Source of the DNA: Candidatus Eiseniibacteriota bacterium
GTDB taxonomy: Bacteria > Eisenbacteria > RBG-16-71-46 > JABDJR01
Assembly: GCA_963762255.1 (NCBI GenBank)
Contig: CAVXKA010000001.1
Location: forward strand, 1,056,001 to 1,120,000
Length of the DNA: 64,000 nt
Direction of reading: 5' to 3'
The notes beneath the pieces are model-generated. The model saw nothing but the letters and a program-made list of their open reading frames with translations, had not been told where the DNA came from and made no database searches. The first letter of the stretch is position 1. Every line of letters begins with the position of its first letter. Position numbers and translations under genes: made by a program. This document shows positions 28,748-38,428 of this stretch, one piece after another.

Positions 28748-30046
28748 ATGTTGAACCGGATGATCTGGATCGTCGTCGGGCTTGTCGCCGCACTGACTTT
28801 CGGAGCCCACGCGTCGCGCGGCGGGATCTCCGAGATCGAGAAGAGCCGTGCCGCCTACCGGGACGCGGTGGTGGCCCGCCAGAACCGCGACTACCGCGTC
28901 TTCCTCAACCACATGCGCGAGTGCGCGCGACTCCGCCCGGATCACCCCGAGATTCTCCTCGGCCTCGCCGACGCGTTCGCGCTGGCCGGCGATCCCGACT
29001 CCGCGCTGACCTGCCTGGAGCGGATCGCGGAGATGGGGCTTACCGCGCCGGCGCGCGAGGACTCGGCGTTGATCCCGCTCCAGGGCGACCCGCGATTCAA
29101 GAGCGTGCTGGACCGATTCGACGTCAACACGCAACCGACGATGAGTTGCCGGATCGCGTTCACGCTGCCGCAGCAGGATCTCGTCCCGGAGGGGCTGGCT
29201 TACGATCCCGGGTCCAAGTCGTTCTTCGTCTCCAGCGTTCGCGAGCGGAAGATCATGCGCTACCAGCGAGGCGAGATCACCCGCTTTGCCGGCGGGCTCT
29301 CCGACACGCTCTGGAGCATGATGGGCATGCGACTCGACGCCAAGCGCGGACGCCTGTGGGTGGCCACCTGCGCGATCCGCGAGGGGAAGGGCGTTGCGGA
29401 GAAGGACCTGGGAGGAACGGGTGTCCTCGCCTTCGACATCAATACCGGTGTGCTCTCGTCGCGGCGCATGCTGCCCGCGGACGGCGCGGCGCACCTCTTC
29501 GGGGATCTCACGCTGGACGCGGAAGGCAATGTCTACGTCACCGACAGCGGCGGCGGCGGTCTGTATCGAATGTCCGCCACCGGAGGCGGGCCGCAACTCG
29601 TGATCCCGCCGGGGACGTTCGTCTCCCCGCAGGGGCTCGACATGGACGAGAGCGGGCGGATCCTCTACGTGGCCGACTACTCCCAGGGCGTGTTCCGCGT
29701 GGATCTCGAATCGAAAACCGCGGTGCTCTTGCGGCACCCGGGGCGCCAGACGTTGCTGGGCATCGACGGTCTCTACCGGTACGGCAACTCGCTCCTCGCG
29801 GTGCAGAACGGAGTACGTCCGCAGCGCCTGCTTCGGCTTGGGTTGAATGGATCCGGCGAGAAGATCGAGACGATCGAGATCCTGGAGTCGAGCCTGCCGA
29901 TCTTCGACGATCCGACCCTGGGCGTGATCGTCGGTGAGGCGTTCTACTTCATCGCCAACAGCCACTGGCCGCAGTTCGACGCCGAGGGGAATCTGCCGCC
30001 GCCGGAGCGACTCACGCCGCCGACGATCTTGCGCGTGGCGCTCTAG
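28748..30046 (+). CDS. Secreted TPR + SMP-30/gluconolactonase-like beta-propeller protein
   Basis: Signal peptide; helical N-terminal domain; PEGLAYD, GNVYVTDS, SPQGL, GIDGL blades. Confidence 0.8.
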   Translation: MLNRMIWIVVGLVAALTFGAHASRGGISEIEKSRAAYRDAVVARQNRDYRVFLNHMRECARLRPDHPEILLGLADAFALAGDPDSALTCLERIAEMGLTAPAREDSALIPLQGDPRFKSVLDRFDVNTQPTMSCRIAFTLPQQDLVPEGLAYDPGSKSFFVSSVRERKIMRYQRGEITRFAGGLSDTLWSMMGMRLDAKRGRLWVATCAIREGKGVAEKDLGGTGVLAFDINTGVLSSRRMLPADGAAHLFGDLTLDAEGNVYVTDSGGGGLYRMSATGGGPQLVIPPGTFVSPQGLDMDESGRILYVADYSQGVFRVDLESKTAVLLRHPGRQTLLGIDGLYRYGNSLLAVQNGVRPQRLLRLGLNGSGEKIETIEILESSLPIFDDPTLGVIVGEAFYFIANSHWPQFDAEGNLPPPERLTPPTILRVAL

Positions 30047-30087
30047 AGACGTTCGGGGATCGCTGCTCCTCCTTGGAGCCCGCCCGA

Positions 30088-32457
30088 TCAGACCCTTGCC
30101 GTCTGCTCCAGGAACTTCCGCACGCCCTTGTAGAGCCCCTCGCCGTTGAGCCCCGCCTCTGCGAGCACGTACTCCGCCTGGCCGCTCCCCAGGAAGTGCC
30201 CCTTCATGAACGGATGCAGCGTCGCGGCGCGCCCGCGATCGGAGCGCACCCATCGGTACATCGTCGGCAGCGTGAACCCGGTGATGCCCATCGCCTCCTG
30301 CGCGTGGCTCTCGGGGAAGATCTTCGTCTGCTCCTCCGCGGGGAGAAGGTCGAAGAGTTCGGCGCTGGCCACGTAGTAGACGCGCAGGTCCACGCCCTCT
30401 TGGTCGAGACGCGGAAGGGTCTCGTTCACGAACGACATCGCGACCCCGCTCTCCTGCAGCACGATCGTCGCGTCGGCTCTGCCTCGCGGGGCGCGGAGCA
30501 GATAGACGCCGGTGGTGCAGGCGGCGGCGGGGGCGAGCCCCAGCTTCTCGCGGTCCGGCACCTTTTCGTTGGGTCGCGTCACGAACGGCACGATCACCGC
30601 GGGGCGTCGCGCGAAAGTTGCGCTCACCAAGGGCCACATCTCGGCCGGATCCCACGGGGTGAGCGTGATCGCGGTGCCGCGCGGAAAGTTCTCCTGGAAC
30701 AGTTGGAGCGCTTGCGGATCCGCGTGCGTGGGGCCGTCCTCGCCCGTCTTCAAGCCCGCGTGGGCGGCGACGAGGATCATGGGGCGATACGGATCGGGTG
30801 CGATGGCGTGCCGAGACTGCCCGCCAATCGCGTGCAAGCGCGCCGCAATGTGGCCGAGAGGCGCGATGAACGCCCCATAGGAGGAAGCCACGCCGATGTG
30901 CCGCCCGTAGGCGCCGAGCCCCGAGCAGATGCCCGCCATGGCGTCCTCGCAGATGCCGCCGATCGATAGGAGCCGCGCGTTCGGGTTCGTCCTGGCGTTG
31001 AACCAGCCGGGAGCGAAGCCGTCGGCGATCTTGTCGACGCTGGTCGAGCCCAACAGGTCCGCCGCCGCGGTCAGGAACGCGCCGCCGCTCTCCTTGTTGT
31101 AGTAGTTGAGCACGCGACCCAGTTCGTTGCGGAGCGTGGTCACCGCACCCGGCTTGAGCGCGAGATCCGCCGGGGTCTTCGTCCCTTCACGCGCGGCCAT
31201 CGCGTACACCGCCTCCACGCGGGGCGCGCCGTTCCGTGACTCGCGGGCCGACTGGCCCAGGCGCTCGCGGGAGGCCACCAGCCTTCCCGCCAGCTCTTTC
31301 ACCGTGTCCGGCATCAATTCCAGCTCGGCGCGAAGGATGCCGAGCGCGGCCCAGAAACAGCCCTCCATCACGTCGGCGCCGTTCGGTCCGGAGCACGCCA
31401 GCACGTCCTTGCCGTGGCAGGTGGGGAGCGCGATCTTGCGGTCTCCCAGGAGGGGGATCAACGCCTCGTAGAAACCGTCCGTGCAGAGTTTGTGGCCGGC
31501 ACCGTGCGAAGCGCGCCCTTCGATTCCATACTTCCATCCCTTGACGGTGCGATAGACGATCGCGGTGGGCTGGCCGTTCTTGAGCGTGACCGCCTTGCGC
31601 TGCGCGGCCATCACCTGCTGGAAGTCCTTGCCGTCCGGCACGTAGATCACGTTCCAGTCGTGAAGGTAGAAGAGCTCGGCCGGAGTCCACTGCACGTAGT
31701 CGCCCGGCTGATCGCCGTCGCGGCAAACATGGTTGGAATCGATCGAGGCCTGGTTCCAGTCGAGGTGGATGAACGCGTTGTCGAGCGAGCCGGTGCCGGC
31801 GGCGGCCAGCGCCTCGACGACGCGGCCCGGCGTGAGTCCGCCTTCGCCCTCGACGATGTGCACGCGCGGCGCGTTCTCGCCCCAGTAGTCGCGGGCGCCG
31901 AACGCGAGACCGAGCGAGCTCGCCACGCCCACTCCCGACGCGCCGGTCGAGAGCTTCAGGAACGGCGTGGCCGGTGTCGGGTGCCCGTCAAGCGGCTTCG
32001 CGTGGAACTTGGTGTAGAGCGGCGTCGCGGTGACCGGGTTCCGCCGGAACCCGAGCAGGTCTTCGAGCCGAAGCTGGTACTTCACGTCCTTGGGCAGCAG
32101 CGCCGGCGCGCCGATCCGCGCGACTTCGTTGCGCAGTGCCCACATGCCGTAGAGCCCGAGCGCCTTGTGGCCCGCCGCATACGAGATGACGTCGGCCTCT
32201 TCGCGGTCGGGGTTCGACATGTCGTAGGCCATCGTGTCGTAGAGGAGCGCGGTCACGAAGCGGCCGGAGGAGATCGAGCCGCCGGGGTGCCCGGACATCG
32301 GAACGTAGTTGTACATCACCGCACAGAGCGACCGGTAGACGAGGTCGAAGGATTCGAAGCGGGCGAGCTGCTGCTCGGTGAGCGGAGCGGCGCTCTGCTT
32401 CATCTCCTCGGTGATGTCGAGATACACGCCGCGACGGGGGCCGAACTGGAACGCCAT
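30088..32457 (-). CDS. Transketolase-like TPP enzyme (long, divergent)
   Basis: SGHPGG, GHPTP, STGASGVG, GEDGPTH; the GDG motif is replaced by GEG. Confidence 0.85.
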   Translation of the reverse strand: MAFQFGPRRGVYLDITEEMKQSAAPLTEQQLARFESFDLVYRSLCAVMYNYVPMSGHPGGSISSGRFVTALLYDTMAYDMSNPDREEADVISYAAGHKALGLYGMWALRNEVARIGAPALLPKDVKYQLRLEDLLGFRRNPVTATPLYTKFHAKPLDGHPTPATPFLKLSTGASGVGVASSLGLAFGARDYWGENAPRVHIVEGEGGLTPGRVVEALAAAGTGSLDNAFIHLDWNQASIDSNHVCRDGDQPGDYVQWTPAELFYLHDWNVIYVPDGKDFQQVMAAQRKAVTLKNGQPTAIVYRTVKGWKYGIEGRASHGAGHKLCTDGFYEALIPLLGDRKIALPTCHGKDVLACSGPNGADVMEGCFWAALGILRAELELMPDTVKELAGRLVASRERLGQSARESRNGAPRVEAVYAMAAREGTKTPADLALKPGAVTTLRNELGRVLNYYNKESGGAFLTAAADLLGSTSVDKIADGFAPGWFNARTNPNARLLSIGGICEDAMAGICSGLGAYGRHIGVASSYGAFIAPLGHIAARLHAIGGQSRHAIAPDPYRPMILVAAHAGLKTGEDGPTHADPQALQLFQENFPRGTAITLTPWDPAEMWPLVSATFARRPAVIVPFVTRPNEKVPDREKLGLAPAAACTTGVYLLRAPRGRADATIVLQESGVAMSFVNETLPRLDQEGVDLRVYYVASAELFDLLPAEEQTKIFPESHAQEAMGITGFTLPTMYRWVRSDRGRAATLHPFMKGHFLGSGQAEYVLAEAGLNGEGLYKGVRKFLEQTARV

Positions 32458-32514
32458 GGTCATCTCCTCAGAGCAGGTCGACAAGCACCACGCCGGGTGC
32501 GCACGATGGGGAGG

Positions 32515-33306
32515 TCATTCTAACACCGAGAAAACGGCGCGCTCGATCCACCACCGCGCGCCGCACCGTGGGCAGAACGCTTCCACGGCGGGCTCGCCCC
32601 GAAACAGTTCCTCTTCCTTGCCCGCGAAGATCCCCCGCAGCGCGGTGATGATCTTTTCGGGATTGCAGCCGCAGCGGAAGCGGATCGTTTGGGTCTCAAG
32701 GAGGTCCTTCTTCCCCGCGAAGAGCGCCGCCGCGGATTGCGCGTCGAGGGCGCGCACGCGATCCGCGCCACCGTCGGGGAGCGCCTTCACCATGCCGTAG
32801 CGGTCGCCGCCGAGTTCGAAGAAGCGGGCGGGGGACTGCTCCGACCGTTCGTAGTAGTCCTCGAACATGCCGAGCACGTCGAGCCCGTCCACGTCGATGG
32901 TGCTCTGCATGGGACCGGTCGCGGGCCGGAATGCCTGAACGAACATGCGGCTTGTGGATCCGGTGCGGACGTCTTCGGTGAAGACCCGGCCGGTCAGCGT
33001 GCGCTCGCCGGGGTCGCCGGTGAGGAAGAGGTTCAAGGGCGGTGTTTGGACGTTGATGGTCACGCCGACCGATTCGTCGGGGGGGCGCCCGACGAGATGC
33101 AGCGCCATCGCCGCGAGCCCCTCGCGCATCATGGTGAGGGAGAGGCCGTCGATGGGGAGTTCCCAGCGATGGACATGCTCGTTGTAGGCGCGGAAGATGG
33201 GCTCGAAGTCGGCCTCGGCGAGGCTCAACACATGGGCGGGATCGAGGTAGCGGCGGACTGTGGCCGCCCCGGACTTCTCCGGCGGGGGCATGGGAGCTTC
33301 ACTCAT
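32515..33306 (-). CDS. hslO: Hsp33 family redox chaperone
   Basis: YYERSEQ, FRCGC...CPRCG zinc motif. Confidence 0.85.
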   Translation of the reverse strand: MSEAPMPPPEKSGAATVRRYLDPAHVLSLAEADFEPIFRAYNEHVHRWELPIDGLSLTMMREGLAAMALHLVGRPPDESVGVTINVQTPPLNLFLTGDPGERTLTGRVFTEDVRTGSTSRMFVQAFRPATGPMQSTIDVDGLDVLGMFEDYYERSEQSPARFFELGGDRYGMVKALPDGGADRVRALDAQSAAALFAGKKDLLETQTIRFRCGCNPEKIITALRGIFAGKEEELFRGEPAVEAFCPRCGARWWIERAVFSVLE

Positions 33307-33380
33307 CGTGATATCCTAGCAGCCTTCGCAAGCCGCCCCGACCGGCTGGGACCCGACGCTCCTCCACCCTGGGCATACCG

Positions 33381-33596
33381 ATGAATTCCAGTTGGACCGA
33401 CGATCAAATCACCGCCGCCGTGGCTCAGTCGATGAAGGAGAAGGACCTGCACTCCGCCTTCACCCCGCTCGTGCGCCGATGCGTGCTGGATGCGAGCGAC
33501 GAGTGGCGGGTCTGCTGCGAAAGCGATTGCGATCCCTGCGTCAACGATCTGGCGCCGGCGGTGGATCGGGCGAGGGAGATACTGGGGGCGGGGTAG
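33381..33596 (+). CDS. Small Cys-rich protein (oxidoreductase-like CCxSxCxPCV domain)
   Basis: CCESDCDPCV motif; divergent from hslO. Confidence 0.65.
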   Translation: MNSSWTDDQITAAVAQSMKEKDLHSAFTPLVRRCVLDASDEWRVCCESDCDPCVNDLAPAVDRAREILGAG

Positions 33597-33788
33597 GTCA
33601 TGCACGGTTCTGGTGGTCTACTGGCGAGAACCACCCAGGTCGGGGTGCCTAGTCCGCGATGCCACAACTTCACATTTCCTGGCTGTCTCCAGCCCTGTGC
33701 CGCGCCTTCGACGGGATTCACCATGAATCCCCTCTTTGAATGTCAGGTCGGCTGCCTTCATTATCGAGAGACCCTCGGACCAGGCGAA

Positions 33789-34223
33789 TTATGGACATAA
33801 CAGCCGAATGCCCTTGACGACATCCAACCACGCCGTGTCCACGTTTTCCCATGATGTGACGGGTATCCCGTCAGTTGGCAACGCTTGCAGCTTACCAAAG
33901 GGTGCAGTGTGCCAATCGCAAGGCCTTGCGATCACCGGAACAACAATGCAGTCTCCAGCCTTCCTTCTGTCCATTGCTTGAGCAACCTCGACGCCCCAGC
34001 AATAGTCAGAGGCAATGAAATCAGCACTCACCAGGAATATCACTATGTCGGCCAGCTGAAGCTCCTGATCAATAACAGTGGCCCACTCAGCGCCCGGAAT
34101 GATCTTGCGATCGTGCCACTCCTGAACCTTTCCCTGCCGCTTGAGGAGACTCAGACTAGCTACAAGACGATCCCGATGCGCCTCATCGCAATGCGAGTAG
34201 CTGAGGAACACGCGCTTTGCCAT
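33789..34223 (-). CDS. Stand-alone TIR domain protein (TIR_2 type)
   Basis: VFLSYSH, WHDRKIIPG, LVSADFIASDYCWGVE (catalytic-position Glu), VVPVIARPCDW; GGAGG RBS. Confidence 0.93.
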   Translation of the reverse strand: MAKRVFLSYSHCDEAHRDRLVASLSLLKRQGKVQEWHDRKIIPGAEWATVIDQELQLADIVIFLVSADFIASDYCWGVEVAQAMDRRKAGDCIVVPVIARPCDWHTAPFGKLQALPTDGIPVTSWENVDTAWLDVVKGIRLLCP

Positions 34224-34266
34224 TCTCTACCCTCCAGTATCCAGTAGCGGGAGAACAACCGGAACC

Positions 34267-35634
34267 TCACGATTGTGGCGCACCCACCTTCGCGAATTCG
34301 AGAACACAGAATACCCTCTGAGCAAGGCGCTCAGGTTGCCCAGGCCAAGGTACAGCTCCAAGGTGATGCTCATGCACAAGGGTCAGGTCGCCCATACTAA
34401 GGACCTCGTCCCGGAACAGACTGCAGTCGAAGCTCCATAGGGCATTCTGCCGCCCAAAACCTGCCCCGCCGATATCAGCCAACAAGTCCTCCGGTTCAGC
34501 ATCCTCTGATAATTGCGCTGGCTTGTGGAATCCGAGGGACCTACACGGAATCGAAACAAGGAATGTGCCTCCAGGATTCAGTGCAGATAGGGCCAAGGAA
34601 AGCGCTCTTCGGTAATCCCTTACGTGCTGAAAGAACTCCAGTGCCAGGACGACATCAAACCGCAACCCGGGGTTCCACTGCAAGAAATCTCCTACCAAGA
34701 ACTCACAGTTGGCGTGTTCGGTCCGTGCACGCGCAACCTTCTCCAAAGAACATTCAACGCCCATGACCCGGGATGCACCGTGCAGCTTTGCCAAGCCGCA
34801 CACCTGCCCCTCAGCCGAACCAATCTCTAGAACGGTTTGGTCGCGCACAATCTTGGAAAGCCGAAATTCAACATACTCCAGGCGCCGCACGTGCAGCGGC
34901 CGACTGTACATGTCTCGTTGATGATGGCGCTCTGCCTCCAAGGAACGAACTCTACCAAGCCTCTCATCGAATCGCCTAGCGCGTGTTCCCTCAAGAGTCG
35001 TCCATTCAGCCTCTATGCCTACTGGACCCGAGGTCCGCGAGGAAAGGAAGCGAAGCGTCGGTAGGCTTGCGCCTTCCCATTGAAGGCAGACAAAGGCACC
35101 ACATTCAAAGTCAAAGACGAAGTCACTCCCGGAGGTCTCCAATGCCCGCAAGATGAGTCCGTTGAGAATGCCCCCATGGGCAATGACGGCAATCGGGCCT
35201 CTCATCCGCACAGCCTCCTGCAATGCCGTCCAAGCCGCCGCGCATCGAACTAAGAAGGCCGACATCACCTGTTGCGTATCTCGACCACCTTCGTGAATGT
35301 TGCGCCGGGCACCTCTCCAGGCCAAGGTCCGAATCGTCTCCGGAGACACGCCGACATTCTCAGCATCACTACGGCGTGGGCCTTCACTGAGCAGATCCGA
35401 TTCAATCATTCTAACGTCTCTCGCAAGATCGGTGGACATGAAGCGCGCAGTGATCTGTGCCGTCTCTTTCGCGCGCCGGAGAGGTGAATGCCAAATCTCC
35501 ACGACTTGCGAATAGCGAAGAGCCCAGGCAAGTGCACTTGCATCGAGCGTTCCAGCTGCCGACAATCCGGATTCATCCATATCTGCCGTGGCATGCCCAT
35601 GCCGCGCTAGAAAGAGTTCGTAGTGCGCTTTCAT
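34267..35634 (-). CDS. Histidine phosphatase + class I SAM methyltransferase fusion
   Basis: LARHG, HSPLRRAKETA, IAHGG in the N half; VLEIGSAEG, FDVVLALE, LNPGGTFL in the C half. Confidence 0.88.
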   Translation of the reverse strand: MKAHYELFLARHGHATADMDESGLSAAGTLDASALAWALRYSQVVEIWHSPLRRAKETAQITARFMSTDLARDVRMIESDLLSEGPRRSDAENVGVSPETIRTLAWRGARRNIHEGGRDTQQVMSAFLVRCAAAWTALQEAVRMRGPIAVIAHGGILNGLILRALETSGSDFVFDFECGAFVCLQWEGASLPTLRFLSSRTSGPVGIEAEWTTLEGTRARRFDERLGRVRSLEAERHHQRDMYSRPLHVRRLEYVEFRLSKIVRDQTVLEIGSAEGQVCGLAKLHGASRVMGVECSLEKVARARTEHANCEFLVGDFLQWNPGLRFDVVLALEFFQHVRDYRRALSLALSALNPGGTFLVSIPCRSLGFHKPAQLSEDAEPEDLLADIGGAGFGRQNALWSFDCSLFRDEVLSMGDLTLVHEHHLGAVPWPGQPERLAQRVFCVLEFAKVGAPQS

Positions 35635-37275
35635 GGTGCCGTTGCCTCCGCAATCTCTTCCGCGGTAAACAATCGTGGGATACTCAAGTCTTCGTTAAGC
35701 ACCCGAGTGAGATACTGGCATGCCCTTTTGATCATAGCAGCGGCCTGCCCGCCTGTGGATTGCTCCAGATCCTCCATCTTGCGAGTGGATCGGGCCGCCC
35801 ACCAGCCTGCGCCACAAAGGCGGAACAACCGAGTTGCGACCACGGCGAAGTAGTAAGCCCCGCTGGGTGCAGAAGAAGCTCTAAGATCTGCCAAGTACTC
35901 GTGGCTCTGCGCAATCCGGAAGACATCAGAACGTCCTTACGCCGTGCATCATGCCGGTAAAGAGGTGGCGCTCCGCATCCTCTGGGTAACCCGAAGCCGC
36001 AAGGCACCGCCCTTGGTCAATCAGAACTGCAAACACCTCGCGGGTATCGCCTACCTCCCGTGCCGTCCGAAGGGACTCATCCAGTAGCCGTGTCGCCTCT
36101 GACCATAAGCGTTGAGCAATGAACACTGCAGCGACCCTGTGCTTGGCAAATCCAATGCCCCGCGAGTTGTCATGCTCTATCGCGATATCGAGACCTTCTC
36201 GTGCCCAGGACATCGCCTTGACCAAGTCCAGTTCTTGATATAGATAGCAGAGTGAGAGCATTCCGCACGCAATGCCACGGCTACGAATGAGGGCGCTGGC
36301 CGCGGCCGGAGTGCTGGGGAGCGACGCCAACCTATCGTACTCCTCAAGTGCAAGAAGCATCTCCGACTTTGCTTCCTGGAACTCCCCTATGCGACGCAGG
36401 GTCGCGCCTAGGTTAATGCGGACCCGCGGAATGAATTCGCTACCCTGGGGAAGCAAGCTGAGTGAATCCCGGTAGCACTGCGCCGCCCGAGCAAGGTGTC
36501 CCTGCTCCCTGAGGATATTTCCGTGTCCATTCAATGCATGAGAGCGCACGGGTTTGGCACCAAGACGCTCTGCGATTCCAAACGCGAGAGTGTATTTGTG
36601 GTAGGCCGCAAACTGCTCTCCGATCTTGCGATCACAATCCGCCGCGCGAATCAGAAGGGACGCAGTTTTTGGCGTTGGTTCGTTTTCGCACTTTTTCAAT
36701 GCTGCTTCGTAAGCATTGTGAGCAAGACGATTCTGGCCTCCCCGAGCGAATTCCTCCGCCTCGCGGATGAGTGCAGCAAGCGTAGCCTCAGTTCTCGGCG
36801 GAAGCTTTGTGAGCCACACGTCCACACACTTATTGAGGACGCGTCGTATCTCGATGAAGAGTTGAGTACGGCGCCCGTCATTCTCGTAGTCGGTCTGTAC
36901 TGTCTCCCCAACGTTTGGGAATGGCTGGATGCTTCTCAGCCACTCGCTGTCTTGTGCCTCTATGGTGCATGGACGAAGAACAACGGGAATGACATCGATA
37001 CCGTCGCTCTCCCTGCAACGTCTGATCTCTGGAACTTCGTGGTTTTGGATATCTTGGTCATCCAGCCATTCTTGACCTAGAAGCAGGATGGCTATGTGCG
37101 CCTGATCCAGGTGCTTCTTCCGATCTTCGCTCCTATCAGCGCCAGGGGTGATCTTTCCCGGATGCCAGAGCGCGACGCCCTTTGATTCAAGGCCAGAGAG
37201 AATCGTAAGTAACTCGTGATTGCGGTCTTTCGCAACGCAGCTGATGTAGATTTCAACGAATGGGTAGTCGGGCAT
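35631..37275 (-). CDS. TIR-TPR protein; one-base frameshift near 35930
   Basis: N-terminal divergent TIR (IYISC...IAILLLG...VIPVVLRPC) then TPRs (ALNGHGNILREQG, INLGATLRRIGEFQEA). Deleting one A at 35930-35931 continues the frame into 35631..35894, whose stop overlaps the next ATG (ATGA). Confidence 0.82.
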
Positions 37276-37282
37276 CGGTAGC

Positions 37283-38428
37283 TTATCCTTCCATCGAACC
37301 TTGCGCTTGATCCAGGGTATCGGTGATGATGTCATCCCACATCGGGTTGTGGGTGGAACCCGGTAGTGCATTGAGAGTCGTCTTTACCAGCGGGCAGATC
37401 GGAACCAAGAGGGAATCATGTTCATACTTCGCGACTACCGGACAGGCCCCTGGGGGAAGGTTGTTTGCTAGGGAGATATACGATAGATCTTCGGGTGACT
37501 TGCTCAGGGCATTACTGTCCCTGATGGCCCACGCACGAACCCCCACAGCTTTGAGAAGGGGACAGCGGTAGACGTTCCCATCGGGAGTCAGATTGTACGT
37601 ATCAGCTGAAGAGGCCGGTAATCCAACGCCTGCCTTCTCAAGTGCCGCCGCCGCCACAGGCGGAACGAAAGCTACTGGTGCCCTCAGGTAGACGCGGCTC
37701 TTCGCTGCCAATTTTCGCCACGCCAGCACAAGTGCGAGCCATTCCCTGGGGCTCGGATTCAAGGGCGCGAGATGAGTCGGGTCCTGTGCAATATCCATGC
37801 GATGCAGATTGACAACAGTGACAGCTCTAGCCGCAGCGTAGGCCATGAGTGATTCAATGGACGCGGCGTTTGCTCTGGAGACGACAGTGGAGATACGCAA
37901 GGGGAGCCCCAACATGCCCGCACGCCGTATGCACTCATCTGCACGAGCGAATGCCCCCTTGAAACGGAGGCGATCGTTAACGGATTCGATTGGTGAATCC
38001 ACGCTCACAGATAGAAGGCGAATGCCTACCGCGCGAAGGTGATCAAGTTGCTCGGGATGGAGCGACCCATTCGTTTGGACTATTAGCTCAAATCCAAGTT
38101 CTCTGATGGCACTAACGAGTTCGTGGAATTCTGCGAAGAGAGCGGGCTCCCCGCCCACAAGTGTCACAAGAGTCACGCCATGAGACTTGAACCGGTCCAG
38201 CGCGGGGATAATGTCATGCATTGGCAATGTGCAGTGCGCCGTCCTTGCCTGGTGGGATAGGTAGCAGTACTGACAACTACAATTACAGTGTTCAGACGGT
38301 GTGAGGAAGAGGTGCTTGCCCATCGAGAAGTGCGGTCGGGACGGATCTACAGCAGAGGTGTTGGGTGGTAGCGATGCGGAGCCGCCCCCTGTCAATCGCG
38401 GGTCGCCGAGACGGTTCGTGTGTTCCAT
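37283..38428 (-). CDS. Radical SAM enzyme with a twitch/SPASM-like tail (start 38428 or 38323)
   Basis: CNCSCQYC, GGEP, QTNG, SVSVDS, TPDGNVYRCP, later CP...CP; stop lies 7 nt before the TIR-TPR ATG. Confidence 0.92.
   Translation of the reverse strand: MEHTNRLGDPRLTGGGSASLPPNTSAVDPSRPHFSMGKHLFLTPSEHCNCSCQYCYLSHQARTAHCTLPMHDIIPALDRFKSHGVTLVTLVGGEPALFAEFHELVSAIRELGFELIVQTNGSLHPEQLDHLRAVGIRLLSVSVDSPIESVNDRLRFKGAFARADECIRRAGMLGLPLRISTVVSRANAASIESLMAYAAARAVTVVNLHRMDIAQDPTHLAPLNPSPREWLALVLAWRKLAAKSRVYLRAPVAFVPPVAAAALEKAGVGLPASSADTYNLTPDGNVYRCPLLKAVGVRAWAIRDSNALSKSPEDLSYISLANNLPPGACPVVAKYEHDSLLVPICPLVKTTLNALPGSTHNPMWDDIITDTLDQAQGSMEG

Noticed and set aside
35631-35894. Separate 87-aa gene (fifth operon member)
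   Set aside because: TTG start without a clear RBS; better explained as the frameshifted C-terminus of TIR-TPR.
33789-38428. Calling the islet Thoeris, CBASS, Avs or a viperin system
   Set aside because: No SIR2/Macro ThsA, nucleotide cyclase or STAND NTPase, and viperin-specific motifs are not evident.
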